In this document: positions 12,584-26,483 of the stretch, piece after piece | Numbering within the stretch: the stretch's first letter is position 1 | Layout: each line of letters begins with the position of its first letter | Made by a program: the position numbers and the translations under genes | Notes under the pieces: generated by a model | What the model was told of the DNA's origin: nothing | Seen by the model: only the letters and a program-made list of their open reading frames with translations | Database searches by the model: none | Assembly (NCBI GenBank): GCA_964016885.1 | Contig: OZ024762.1 | Span: forward strand, 5,580,001-5,644,000 | From: Eledone cirrhosa | Taxonomy: Eukaryota | Length of the DNA: 64,000 bases | Direction of reading: 5' to 3'

Positions 12584-13744
12584 CTCGAAATTATATATAT
12601 AGACGCCAAATTTTTACACGGGGGACAAATAGTTCCCATAACCTGAATAGGTCCTCTGAGAACCGACTTATGTATATAGAATCAATGAGATTCCAGCGTT
12701 GACCAATATGTGTATATATGACTATCTAAAACTACATCTTCTAATGTGTCCTTCATTATTTTAAAACGTGGCGAGCGATAAATATTTGGCTGCTATTTCC
12801 AGCAATAATTCTAATGTCACTTTTGTGTGAATATCTAGTAATTAGTATATTCTCTTCTAAATCTTTCTTATTTGTTGCGGCTTGTTTAAGACGTCAGCCC
12901 CCGTCGGGCTTGACCCAGCAGAAGTACGAGGGACTGATGCTAGGGCTGGGAAATCTTGCATGAATTAATTTCAAGCCTTCTTATTAATAACTGCATTGTT
13001 TCTTTCCAAGTAAACTGACATCTGACTGTTGAAAGAGGACTTCAAATGTAATTAGTAATGACCTCTTGAAAATGGACAACATTTGGCATCGTGGTATTTG
13101 GCTCTGGTCCACAATTATTGTCTCTACTCCTGCAAATTATACCTCTACTACAATGGTCTCTGCTCCTCCCCAGCCCCTAAATATGCTGTTCCTTCTCTAC
13201 CTCTACTACAATGCTCTCTGCTCCTCCCCAACCCTAAATATGCTGTTCCCTCTCTACGTCTACTACAGTGGTCTCTGCTTCTCCCCAGCCCCTAAATATG
13301 CCGTTCCCTCTGCCTATTCTATCTCTACTACTATAGTCCCTGCTCCTCAGAGGTTGCTGGTCTCCACTGAAACACTCATCAGTTATGTTGAAAGCCTCTG
13401 GTCTATATAGTCACTACATTGAAGACATCCAACTCTGTTTTCTTCAAACCCACCATAACTTAATTCCTATGCTGCTGTAGCTGAAACAATGGTTAGGTTT
13501 TTCACTCACCATCGATACCTTTCCATCCTGTTCTAAGTTACCCTTACCAGTGTCTGTGGAGTCCATTGCACTACCAATCTTCCTCCTTCACACGACAATC
13601 ACCTTCTGTTATTTTTCCCCTTTCAAAAAACCTACAACCATAAGAAACTCCTTGTCCACAGTTCCTGAAAAAGTTTTGGGATAAAAGAACTGGTGTAAAC
13701 CTCCTTTGAGGTTAGTGTATATATATAGAGAGAGACAGAGAAAG

Positions 13745-14265
13745 AGAGCAGGTAAAATTCCCGATATCCATGGACGAGTTCTCTCCAGAGACCAGTGTTT
13801 GTCATTAGGAGAGAGAGCGGTGGACAGGTGTAAGTGTAAAGAGAGCTGGATGATGATCAACGAGATTACAGGAAGGAAGAGAGGGAGTTTGAGTTAGATC
13901 TGGGGATAAGAAGAGGCTGGACTATTTTAAAACCCTACTAGGAGAGCCACCTTCGACAGCCCAGAATACCAGGGAGATCAGACAGCTGTTTGAGGAACTG
14001 GATATTGAGACAGGACCTTCGCCAGAGAGGGGCTTCAGCGAACCAAGAAGATCAAGACCTATGGAGAGGCATCAAAAGTGATGAAGAGGTGTGATTTTGA
14101 TGATATCATCCTGGAGTTCTGTAACCAGGCACTGGAGAAAGTTGCCCTTGATCACTAACATCATCTCAGTACCAAAGAAAGGAAATCTTTCTAACATGAA
14201 CAACTACAGGGGAATCTCATTGATGTCACTTGTGGCAAAGACCCTCAACAGAATCCAGCCCGAGA
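13745..14265. mobile_element. Degenerate LINE fragments (3' end inverted, RT N-part on +)
   Basis: IISVPKKGNLSNMNNYRGISLMSLVAK; 13750-13805 is the reverse complement of the 3' end at ~45200-45258. Confidence 0.75.
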
Positions 14266-15935
14266 TGTATATATATATATTATAAGAATGTTCTGTACTA
14301 TGGCCATATATTGTTTCCTTTATTTAAGTGTTGTGTTTGCACCACCTTAATCCATAAACTTTGGTGTAAGCAGGATTAAGCACTCTATGTATCCAACAAT
14401 GGTATTGGATTGCTTATAACACATTGAAGTATCAGTGTATATATATGTTTTTTTTTTTTTGTCCCTTTCATTTCATAAAACCAAATACCTAGTTAGCTAC
14501 AACTACACTGTACTAAACACACTATATATATACTATTTATGATGATGTCCAAGGATGATTCAAGTTAGCATTAGTTACATTCTAGAAATATCCCATATTG
14601 CTCAATGCACACTCTGAAGGTTTACTTTTGTCTTCCTCACATGAAACAGAACTATCAGAATTCATTCCTTTTCACCGATCAATCAACAACATCATAAAGT
14701 TGTACATGAGTTGGCAGTGAATTTTGGTTGCTCCACCAAGTCCTATGATAATGAACCTAACCACAATATCTCGCAGTTCTAGCATCACTCCTTCAAAGCC
14801 AGCCTATGAGCTTTTCAGCTGATCCTCTTTTGTAGAGAAGAATGTTTATATAAATGTAGCTTTGTGTGTCTGACTAGAGAAGATTTAGTTGTGTTTATTT
14901 GACAAGGTAAGTATTTATATATAACTGTATCTATGTGTAAGTCTAGAGTAGGTTTTATTTCTTAGAAGAGGTATATATAAATGTAGCTTTATATGTTATG
15001 TGTGTGTAGAGAGAAGATGTTTTGTTTATTAGACAAAGTAAGTATGTATATATGAATGTAACAGAATGCCTTCAGTTCTCTGAATTAAAATCCTGCTGAG
15101 GTCAACTTTGCCTTTCATCCATTTGAGGTTGATAAAACAAAGTACCAGTCTAGTATTGAGGTTGATTCTTCTGTTTCTCTGGAAGAAATCTGCTGTATTC
15201 AGACCTGGAGAGGAGATGGGTCTGCCAGGTTTTAAAAAGTGCCCTAGAAATACTGTATGTCAATGTGTGGCTTAGGAGTTGCAGGTCCAAGCATACATGT
15301 AATTCTCACAGTTTGGAAGTTCTGCATTCATCACATTGCTCCAGTATTCACAGCCGAGGAGTTAGTCCTGTGGTAGACCAGCGTACTATCCAGGGAGAGT
15401 CTTGTACTCTCAGACACTTAACACCAAGCAAATTGATCATAAGCTGAGAATAGTCTTTATATATTATACTAAATTTAGGTCTAATCACATATCGATGAAA
15501 GAAATCATGGTCTTAAGATGCTTATTACCAAAATAGATAATTAGTGATTGATACTAATTACTAAGATCGATGGTTTGCATTTTTTATTTTCTGTATTAAC
15601 ATAAACATTACTATCTTGAAGTAAATATACTTATTGTTCTGTATATATATATGTATTAAATACTAGTAGTTTAAACTTGTTACATATAGAAACGGGATGA
15701 AAGTAAGGTAACACGGTCGTGAAAAAGTAATTTCTTTCTGAAAATATTTCGGAGACGAAGTATAATATTGATAATTATTGGGTAGAGATCTCAACTCTCA
15801 CCATACGAAATATATTCAGAAAGAGATATTTCTCCACGCCCTCAGTTATCTCGTCTTCATTCCGTTTCTATATATATGTTTTTTAATAAATAAAATTCTA
15901 ACTATAAGTATGACTAATTTACTCAGTAGAGTTGC

Positions 15936-16082
15936 GCTCTGTGCATGGCGCTGAACGTAACGTTTCGGGCTTTGCTGTCGTACTTCGGTATGGCATGACC
16001 ATTCTAAGTGTCTGAAGATCGAATCGTTGCGGGGGCAGCCCGGCTTTATGCTGGCCTGCGTCCCCGCCTCGCATTGAGTTTT
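15936..16082 (+). ncRNA. Putative novel structured RNA, copy 1
   Basis: TATAAG at 15903; tgtcgtac-TTCG-gtatggca hairpin; gcagcccggc-tttat-gctggcctgc hairpin; 5'/3' closing stem; TTTT end. Confidence 0.6.
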
Positions 16083-17549
16083 ACTAAAAAATTCGCCGAG
16101 GGTTATCGTTTGAATTACTTGCCCCTGATTGGAACTATTCTCGTTTGTTGTCATTTTTCTTTATTGAATTGAACTGTTAACATCGTTTGGATTTACTCGT
16201 GTAATTTGATAGAATTAGTCTGGATATTATACTAATGGGGAGAGGTATGTAATGTTTTATTTGCCGTATATACACTCACAGACATACATTATTCTATATG
16301 CCTTTCATCCTTATGGGGTCGATAAAATAAAGTACCAGTAATACACTGGATAATTGCTGGACTTGTGCCAAAAGTAGAAACAATTATTCTATATACAGAA
16401 AGATTCTAGAGACGTACATATTGTTTTATTTAAACCTAAATACACACACAAAACTAGATTTATATATATAAATGTTCTTGAACTGAGGTAAAATACCCTC
16501 TAATTTACCTATACGAACGCTTTATTTGCCATGTATATTTTAATTCATTGCTAAACACTCGAAAATACAGTCTTAGATATATATTAACATTCTTTAGTGT
16601 ATGCATTCACCTCTATAATCCATACACTGGAAGAAACGTTTCCTATCTAGATCAATATACACATATAAAGCTACATTTATATATACACCTTCATTCTTCT
16701 AAAGAGGTATGTAATGTTTTAGTTGTCCCTTAAATTCATCGATAAACACGTAGTTATTCCTGAGACACAAGAATATATTTCACTACCTTTCATATACAGG
16801 AGGAATGTTAGAGACGTATATGTATAATGTAACCGTCTTTTTACTAAGAATAATAACTAAAACCCCTTCATACTCTGGAAAACTAAACATTCTGTCTACA
16901 TACACCGCCTTCTGTCTTATTCATAGTGGTACATTGTTAGAACTAACTAAGCCTTCTCTCGACACTATCATTGCATATTTTAAGAGCCACTTCTTAATAT
17001 ACTATATTTAGGTTTAATCAATACATATATTGATGATTGGAATCATGATCTTAAGATTACCCAAATCGATACTAACTATTACAAATACAGAGCTGTCTAA
17101 GGCTATGTTACCTACATATTAATTGTTCTGAAAAGATGCATCAGTCATCTCCTCTATGGAGCAGAAACGTGGCCCCTCACAAAGACGATTGACAGCAGAG
17201 CCCTGAGGACGATCTAAAACATCAGATGGGACCACCTCAGCCTTACTCTCGTTCAACGCAGTAGCACCTGGTCGGCTCTACCCATGACGATGCCGGTCTA
17301 GTCTAACAAGAATAGATGTACAAAATACTCGAATATAAGGTGACCCTCCTCCCTATCTTATGTCTGAGAAGTGGGCAAAAATGCGAACCTTATTTACGTA
17401 GAATTTGAAGTTGGCGAAAATGGTCAAACTATTGACTCCCTATATACGTCAACCCGTTTCTACATATTCCCTGGCTTCTATTCGTGTATATCCCGTTATA
17501 TATGTACAAAACACTAGCAGTTCCTTAATGGTTATATTTATATAGAAAG

Positions 17550-17615
17550 AGAAACGGAAAGAAAGCGAGATAACACTCGGAATATGTCGTGTTATCTCGC
17601 TTTCTTTCCGTTTCT
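17550..17615. promoter_or_regulatory. Perfect 27 bp inverted repeat with 12 nt loop upstream of copy 2
   Basis: agaaacggaaagaaagcgagataacac-tcggaatatgtc-gtgttatctcgctttctttccgtttct; function unknown. Confidence 0.6.
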
Positions 17616-17679
17616 TTTTTTTTTAAAAACGAAGGAAAATGTTAGCTATAAGTATGACTATTTGACTCGGTAGAATTGC

Positions 17680-17842
17680 GGCTTGTGCGTGGCGCTGCAC
17701 GTAGCGTTTCTGGCTTCGATGTCGTACTTCGGTATGGCATGACCACTCGATCGTGTCTGAAGTTCGAATCGTTGCGGGGTCGGCCGGGACCACAGCAGGC
17801 TGGCTTTATGCTGGCCTGCTCTCCCGCCTCGCATGAGTTTTT
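17680..17842 (+). ncRNA. Putative novel structured RNA, copy 2
   Basis: TATAAG at 17647; closing stem ggcttgtgcgtggcg/cgcctcgcatgagtt; C(UUCG)G hairpin 17719-17740; 11 bp hairpin 17794-17820; TTTTT end. Confidence 0.65.
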
Positions 17843-19924
17843 GCCAAACAATTTGACGAGAGTTATCTCCCTTTGATTTGAGTTATTTGCCCTTTGTTTA
17901 CATTGAACTACTTCCGGTTTGTGGAACTCTTCTTCCTTTGTTGTCATTTCTTTTCAGTGTATTGAAGCTGTAACATTATTCTATTTACTCTGGGACTATT
18001 AACGATATCTGTTTGGATTTTACGTTCGTGTAAAGAGGTATGTAAAGTTTTATTCGCACTCACGGATATTATTGAGACACAAAAATACATTTCACTATCT
18101 TGGAAATATACATACATTTAATTCTTCAATATAAATACATTCTTGTAGTGTTTTAGTTGCCATGTCTTTTAAATTTATTCTAAACACTCTTCACAGAACT
18201 AAACCTCCTTCCGAGAAACAAAACAAATAATATATCTAACTAAACATACATGTTACTTCCCTCTATCATGAAGCATCCTCTAATCTTCTGTAGATACTCT
18301 AGATACTATACCATCGTAATTTCTACGTCGAGTTACATCGGCATCACCACCTTTACTCCAACTCAGCATCCTCTCTTGCACACTTCATATCCCTTTTTAA
18401 CATCTCTATTACACATACACCTTCTCTGTATATTAGTGAGACACAAAAATACATACATTCTTGTAATATTTTAGTTGCCATGTCTTCTAATTTTATTCTA
18501 AACACTCACATATAGCTACATTTATATATACAAACACTCTTCCTATTTAAACGTATATATTTTGAGAATCATAACTAAAACGCCTCCGGAGAAACAAAAC
18601 TAAATATATACACGCAGCTACCTCTTCTAACTAAACATACATGTTACTCTCCTTTATTATGAAACAAAACTAAACATGATCTGTATATATACACACACAC
18701 ACAGCTTCCTCTTCTAACATGTTACAACTAAATTCATATATAAACGGTCTCCCTTCTATCATAACAGATACTTATGAGGCGCAATATACAAACTTGTTCA
18801 TACTGGAATAATAGACACGAAACTAAACCTTCTCTAGACATATTAATATAGAAGCTAAACCATACAGTTATATCTAACGAAGCATGGTAGCTCCATTACT
18901 CTGCCGTAAGACTCACTACTACTACTTCTAGCATCCTCACCTGCTTGATAGCTACATCATCCACATATAAACGTTCTTCACTAGATACAAAACTAAATCT
19001 TTATATATACACAACTAACCTATTCTATATTCCTAAGGAACAGCACCAGACCTGGAGACTACTACAACCCTATCTCAAGAAGAAAGGTAAATAAATTGTG
19101 AAATAAAAGAATAAACCAGTATTTTCCTTTGTTGCCTTATTATTTACTCCCTGTATATACACACACTAGACACCTCTTACACTGTAGGAAGACAAAAACC
19201 TTCTGTCACTGTATACTAGATTCATATTATATAAATAAATCCCCTCTATACAGGAGAAATGTTATTGCCTAGATACACACCTATTAGAAACAAGCCATCT
19301 CTATATACAGGTAAATAACATCAATGTAGACATGTCTGTATATAAGAAAATATCTAAACCCACATTGTGTGTGTGTCTCTTTATGAACATCATACATATA
19401 TAAGATAAGAGGTTTTGATCTGTACATACATATCAATACATCCTCGCTAGATACTACACATACGTCTCTTAGGAAACTACTACTATTGTTCTTCTAGTTG
19501 TTTATAAGGATCTCACAGTAGAATGTGTACATGCTTCCTAAGAAGCAAGAGAGCTAACTGTATAAATACAAAGAAATTTAGTGTTCTTTACATTCAATGA
19601 CACACAAAGCGTACTTCATGTCTATAAAATACCTTCTTCTCTATATTGGAAGAAGTACCTCATTATATATTGAAGTTGTGTTCAATAGAGTACAGTATGT
19701 AGAACCCTATGTACACAGTTACCCTTTTCTTGAAAGGATACATCAATACCCTGTTCTCCTCTAGACAGGCATACTCACCATATAAACACTTTTGTGTATA
19801 TAAAGCATATCTTCATTGTAAATTTAGAAGTTACACTACACAGATATAAAGACAACAACCTACAGACATATTAATACCCTTATATCTCTAGACTACTGTA
19901 TTATATAAATATAGCTAAGGAGTT

Positions 19925-22128
19925 AGACATATATATACGTATGTATGTGTATATGCACATACGTATGTATAATCATGCATACGTATGTATACATATACAT
20001 GCGTATGTGTATTTATACATACGTATGTGTATATACACATACGTATGTGTATATACACATACGTATGTATATATATACATACATATGTGTATATACACAT
20101 ACGTATGTGTATATATATATACGTATGTGTATATGCACATACGTATGTATATATACACATACGTATGTGTATATACACATACGTATGTGTATATACACAT
20201 ACGTATGTATATAAACATACGCATGTATATGTATACATACGTATGCATAAATATACATACGTATGTGTATATACACATACGTATGTATATTTATGCATAC
20301 GTATGTGTATTTATGCATACGTATGTGTATATACACATACGTATGTGTATATACACATACGTATGTATATATACACACGTATGCATATGTATCCATACGT
20401 ATGTATATATACATATACGTATGTGTATATACACATACGTATGTATATATACATACGTATGTGTATATACATACGTATGTATATATATACATACGTATGT
20501 ATATATATACATACGTATGTGTATATACACATACGTATGTATATATACACATACGTATGTGTATATATACATACGTATGTGTATATACACATACGTATGT
20601 ATATATACACACGTATGTATATATACACATACGTATGTGTATATATACATACGTATGTGTATATATACATACGTATGTGTATATACACATACGTATGTAT
20701 ATATACACATACGTATGTATATATACACACGTATGTATATATACACATACGTATGTGTATATACACATACGTATGTATATATATACATACGTATGTATAT
20801 ATATACATACGTATGTGTATATGCACATACGTATGTGTGTATATACATACGCATGTATATGTATACATACGTATGTGTATATACACATACGTATGTATAT
20901 ATACACATACGTATGTATATATATACATACGCATGTATATATACATACGTATGTGTATATACACATACGTATGTATATATACACATACGTATGTATATAT
21001 ACACATACGCATGTATATATACATACGTATGTGTATATACACATACGTATGTATATATATACATACGTATGTATATATACACACGTATGTATATATACAC
21101 ATACGTATGTGTATATACACATACGTATGTGTATATACACATACGTATGTATATATATACATACGTATGTGTATATGCACATACGTATGTATATATACAC
21201 ATACGTATGTGTATATACATACGCATGTATATGTATACATACGTATGCATAAATATACATACGTATGTGTATATACACATACGTATGTATATATACACAT
21301 ACGCATGTATATATACATACGTATGTGTATATACACATACGTATGTATATATATACACATACGTATGTGTATATACACATACGTATGTATATATATACAC
21401 ATACGTATGTGTATATATACATACGTATGTATATATACATACGTATGTGTATATATACACATACGTATGTGTATATATATACATACGTATGTGTATATAC
21501 ACATACGTATGTATATATACATGCGTACGTATGTATATATACATACGTGTGTGTGTATACATACATACGTATGTGTATATATACATACGTATGCGTATAT
21601 ACACATACGTATGCATAAATACACATACGTATGCATATATACACATACGTATGCGTATATATACATACGTATGCGTATATACACATACGTATGTATATAT
21701 ACATACGCATGTGTATATACACATACGTATGTATATATACACATACATATGTGTATATACACATACGTATGCATTATACATACATACGTATGCATAAATA
21801 TACATACGTATGTTTATATACATGCGTATGTATATACATACACATGTATATGTATACATACATGTTTATAATATACATACGTGTATGTATATATATACAC
21901 ACGTACGTGTATATATACATACGTATGTATATGTATACATACGTATGCATAAATATACATACGTATGTATATACATACATATGTATATACATACATATGT
22001 ATATATATACATACACACATACGTATGTATGTATATATATACATATGTATATATAGATACATATGTATATATATATACACATATGTATGTATATCTATAT
22101 ACATATATGTGTGTATATATATGTATGT
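19925..22128. repeat. ~20 bp self-complementary satellite (acatacgtatgtgtatatac)n
   Basis: About 100 units containing palindromes acatacgtatgt and gtgtatatacac. Confidence 0.95.
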
Positions 22129-24337
22129 TTATATAAATATAGCTAAGGAGTTGAACTTTTTTCTCTAGATAATATAAGTATGTGTATTCTATAGGATACT
22201 ATTACCTTAAAACCATGTGTATATATATATATACACTTACTTCTATAGAATCCATACATCTTAACACCCTTCTATCTCTAGGCATATGTATACATACAGA
22301 AAGAAATGGCCTCACTAGAATACTGCATTAGATACATTTCTTTCATGAAAGATGTTTCGAACTGAGTTCATACTTCTATTCCTATATACATACTGGGAGA
22401 GATATAGAATACAAATTTATTCTATATACAGAAGGAAATAAACTTACTAGAATACTGTCTATATACACATTATAAATGTTTATAATATGAAACTTCTTTA
22501 TTAATACCTCTATTCCTATATACTTACTGGTAAGTATGAGAGAGGTATATATAGATATTATAACCTCTTACAGGAGATATAGAATACCTATATACACAGC
22601 AAGAAATAAACTTGCTAGGATTACTGTATTATATATATATACAGTTTCCATTCTCAAAGAAACTTTTCTATAGCACCACACTTACCTCTTTCAGTAAGAA
22701 GGATGTTTCTTACTGGGATTCTATAGTGTACATACACATTAATTAATCTATTCTATATATACACTTCTTTCAAGAAGGATGTTTCTCACTAATTACATAA
22801 ATATATACAGTATCTAAATACATATATTATGAGTGGAAGTTAAACGATCTACATGTAAGATACTACCTGTGTATATATATAATAAAAAAACAATGTTCTA
22901 TAGGATATACTTACTTCTAAGTGAAATAAAGATCAATAAATAAACTACATTTTGTTGTTGGAGTTATTTTATTTCTTGAGACGACTGTGTGTATTTACAC
23001 ACTCAGGTGAGCTGGCGGAGATCTTCAACATACCTGGAAAGAAACAGAATATATTAATAAAAACAATCCAGATTACACAGCTCTAACACCAATAATTGTC
23101 TGGATGCAGAAATCAAACCTCTTTATCCTGAACAGTTTAGTTTCTTAGGAGAGTGGGTATAGGGCTGTGAAATACAGTTTCTTATACGCCTCTAGATGAG
23201 GTATTACTGTATTTATAATATAATATATGTTTTTTTATTATTATTGAGAAGGATAATAAATATATAAGCCTTCTAGATGTTACAGAGAAGTCTCTACATA
23301 CAAACAGTAGATTCTTTGCTGTGTACACACAATATCTAGTAGTAAGTTTCTGTGTATTATATACACACGTGTGTACAATGTTTGTATAACAAGGGTGTGT
23401 ATTCTATGGAATACCATATCTATAGGAAACTATGTATGTGTAATATAATACATGGGGAGTTTTTTTCTATTGAGAAGGATACTGAATATAATGTCTTCTA
23501 GATGTTAGGGGAATCTCTACGTACAAAAAATAGATGCCTTGATTAAAATATCCAGAGTTTTATGTAAGTATCCTCGGGAAAAGTAGTAGAGAAGAGGGTT
23601 TTAACTTTGCCTTGTGTGTATATAGATGCTGCATATATACAATACTTCGAAGTGTGTTTATGTATAGAGAGAGGGTCTGTATTCTATATACTACAGTTTC
23701 TTATATAGCTCCGGATACTGTGTATAATGAGGAGATATACCTTTCTTCTAAGTAAGTATATACAGAGAAGGTGTAATAGAGATACGATTATAATATAAAT
23801 ATATAGTTGATATGATGTGTGCAAGAGAGAATGCTGAGTTGGAGTAAAGGTGGTGATGCCGAGGTAACTCGACGTAGAAATTACGATGGTATAAGGTATA
23901 GAGAGGAAAGTAGCATGTATGTTTAGTTAGAAGAGGTAGCTGCGTGTATATATTATTTGTTTTGTTTCTCGGAAGGTTTAGTTCTGTGAAGAGTGTTTAG
24001 AATACATTTAAAAGACATGGCAACTAAAACACTACAAGAATGTATTTATATTGAAGAATTAAATGTATGTATATTTCCAAGATAGTGAAATGTATTTTTG
24101 TGTCTCAATAATATCCGTGAGTGCAAATAAAACTTTACATACCTCTTTACACGAACGTAAAATCCAAACAGATATCGTTAATAGTCCCAGAGTAAGTAGA
24201 ATAATGTTACAGCTTCAATACACTGAAAAGAAATGACAACAAAGGAAGAAGAGTTCCACAAACCGGAAGTAGTTCAATGTAAACAAAGGGCAAATAACTC
24301 AAATCAAAGGGAGATAACTCTCGTCAAATTGTTTGGC

Positions 24338-24500
24338 AAAAACTCATGCGAGGCGGGAGAGCAGGCCAGCATAAAGCCAGCCTGCTGTGGTCCCGGCCGA
24401 CCCCGCAACGATTCGAACTTCAGACACGATCGAGTGGTCATGCCATACCGAAGTACGACATCGAAGCCAGAAACGCTACGTGCAGCGCCACGCACAAGCC
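24338..24500 (-). ncRNA. Putative novel structured RNA, copy 3 (no differences seen from copy 2)
   Basis: Reverse complement of 17680-17842; TATAAG at 24533-24528. Confidence 0.65.
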
Positions 24501-24564
24501 GCAATTCTACCGAGTCAAATAGTCATACTTATAGCTAACATTTTCCTTCGTTTTTAAAAAAAAA

Positions 24565-24630
24565 AGAAACGGAAAGAAAGCGAGATAACACGACATATTC
24601 CGAGTGTTATCTCGCTTTCTTTCCGTTTCT
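24565..24630. promoter_or_regulatory. Perfect 27 bp inverted repeat upstream of copy 3
   Basis: Same as 17550-17615. Confidence 0.6.
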
Positions 24631-26124
24631 CTCTATATATAAATATAACGGGATATATAGCCATTAAGGAACTACTAGTATTTAGTACATATATAACGGG
24701 ATATACACGAATAGAAGCCAGGGAATATGTAGTAAGGGGTTGACTTATATAGGGAGTCAATAGTTTTGTAGCAAGGACCATTTTCGCCAACTTCAAATTC
24801 TACGTAAATAAAGTTCGCATTTTTGCCCACTTCTTAGACATAAGATAGGGAGGAGGGTTACCTTATATTCGAGTATTTTGTACATCTAGACCGACATCAT
24901 CATGGGTAGAGCCTACCAGGTGCTACTGTGTTTAACGAGCGTAAGGCTGTGGGCTGATGATTTAGGTGGTCCTCAGGACTCTGCTGTCAATCGACTTTGT
25001 GTGGGGCCACGTTTCTGCTCCATAGAGGAGAAGACTGATGCATCTTTTCAGAACAATTAATATGTAGGTAACATAGCCTTAGAGAGATCTGTATTTGTAA
25101 TAGTTAGTATCGATTTGGGTAATCTTAAGACCATGATTCCAATCATCAACATATGTATTGATTAAACCTAAATATAGTATATATAAAGTCTGTTCTCAGC
25201 TTCTCACCAGTTTCTTTGGAATTAAGTGTCTGAGAGTATAAGACTCTCCCTGGATAGGACACTAGTCTATCGCAGGATTAACTCCTCAGCTGAGTGTACT
25301 GATGAAACGTTTTTAAAGACTTACATACAGAACTTCCAAGCTGTGAGAGTTATATGTATGGACCCGTAACTCCCGAGGGAGTCATAGAGGCAACGCATTG
25401 ACATACAGTGTTTCTAGGGCTCTTTTTAAAACCTGGCAGAGCCCAGGTCTGAATACAGCGGATTTCTTCTAGAGAAGTGTAGAGGAAGAATTCACCCCAG
25501 TACTAGACTGGTACTTTTTTTTATTAACCTTGAATGGATGAAAGGCAAAGTTGGCCTTGATGGGATTTGAATTCAGACAGCTGAAATGAAGGCATTCTAT
25601 CTGTTACATTTATATATACATACTTTCTTTGTCTAATAAACAAAACTAAATCTTCTCTTTGTCTAATAAACAAAACTAAATCTTCTCTAGACACACACAT
25701 AAAGTTACACTTATATAAACCTTCTTTTGTACAAACAAGGGTCAACTGAAAAGCTCATAGGCTGACTATGAAGGAGTGATGCTAGAACAGTGAAATCTTG
25801 CATGCATTAATTTCAACTCTCCTTACTAATAACTGCATTGTTTCTTTCCATTTGGTCAGTCAGCCCTCTTACGTATATACTTCTGATTCTCTTTTTTACT
25901 AAGAAACAGAATTAAACCTTCTCTACACAGGAAAATATTACTGACATCTTCAAAGGAATGTAAATAAACTTCCTTATCTAGCGACGAACATGTGAAATAA
26001 ACCAAACTTTTGCTTTTTCATTTCTTCTAAGAAACGAGACAGCTAATGCCAATAAGTGTGTATACAAAAAAAATGTCTACACACTTCAGGAAAAGAAAAA
26101 TTTGTATAAATATATATATTTAGC

Positions 26125-26483
26125 ACCCATCCACCATCTGAGTGAATCTCTTGGTCAGTGTCCAAGTCTCAGACCCGTACAGCAATACAGATGAATCTTC
26201 AGGTCTTTACGAAGGTCCAACCTCAAACTGTGACACGCCACCCAGTCTTTGCTCCAATGCTGGATGGGAGCTACACGAGAATGCTGAGGATGGCTCTGAA
26301 CATTAATCAGTATGAACTGAGGATGAAGAGCTCTGAGCTGTACAGGAGCCTCTCGAAAGTAACACAGAGGAAATTGAGGTTAGCTGGACATGCTCACTGA
26401 TATTCAGTGTTGATACTGCACTCAGTGGTCCTGTGGGAGCCCCTCCACGGACACACTAGAAGAGGGAATTTTACCCACCCTAG
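26125..26483. mobile_element. Rearranged LINE fragment, same family as 44660-45275
   Basis: DGSYTRMLRMALNINQY...RKLRLAGHAH. Confidence 0.75.

Noticed and set aside
16005-16030. CTGAAGA in the element as a hammerhead core
   Set aside because: No GAAA/stem III; copies 2 and 3 read CTGAAGT
17665-17790. Resemblance of the element to 5.8S rRNA, SRP Alu domain or vault RNA 5' end
   Set aside because: Only short patchy matches in copy 2, not kept in copies 1 and 4; no rDNA context; fold differs
17642-17947. 101-102 aa ORFs MTTKEEEF.../MTTNENSS... (also 24233-24538, 15846-16154) as a small protein family
   Set aside because: Frame shifts between copies after FRH, no equivalent ORF listed for copy 4, and they are antisense to the strand favoured by G-U pairing
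19941-21871. 500-630 aa Y/I/H/T/M/C-rich ORFs (and similar ones at 8.6-11, 31-32, 48-51, 59.5 kb)
   Set aside because: Translations of stop-free microsatellites, open in most frames
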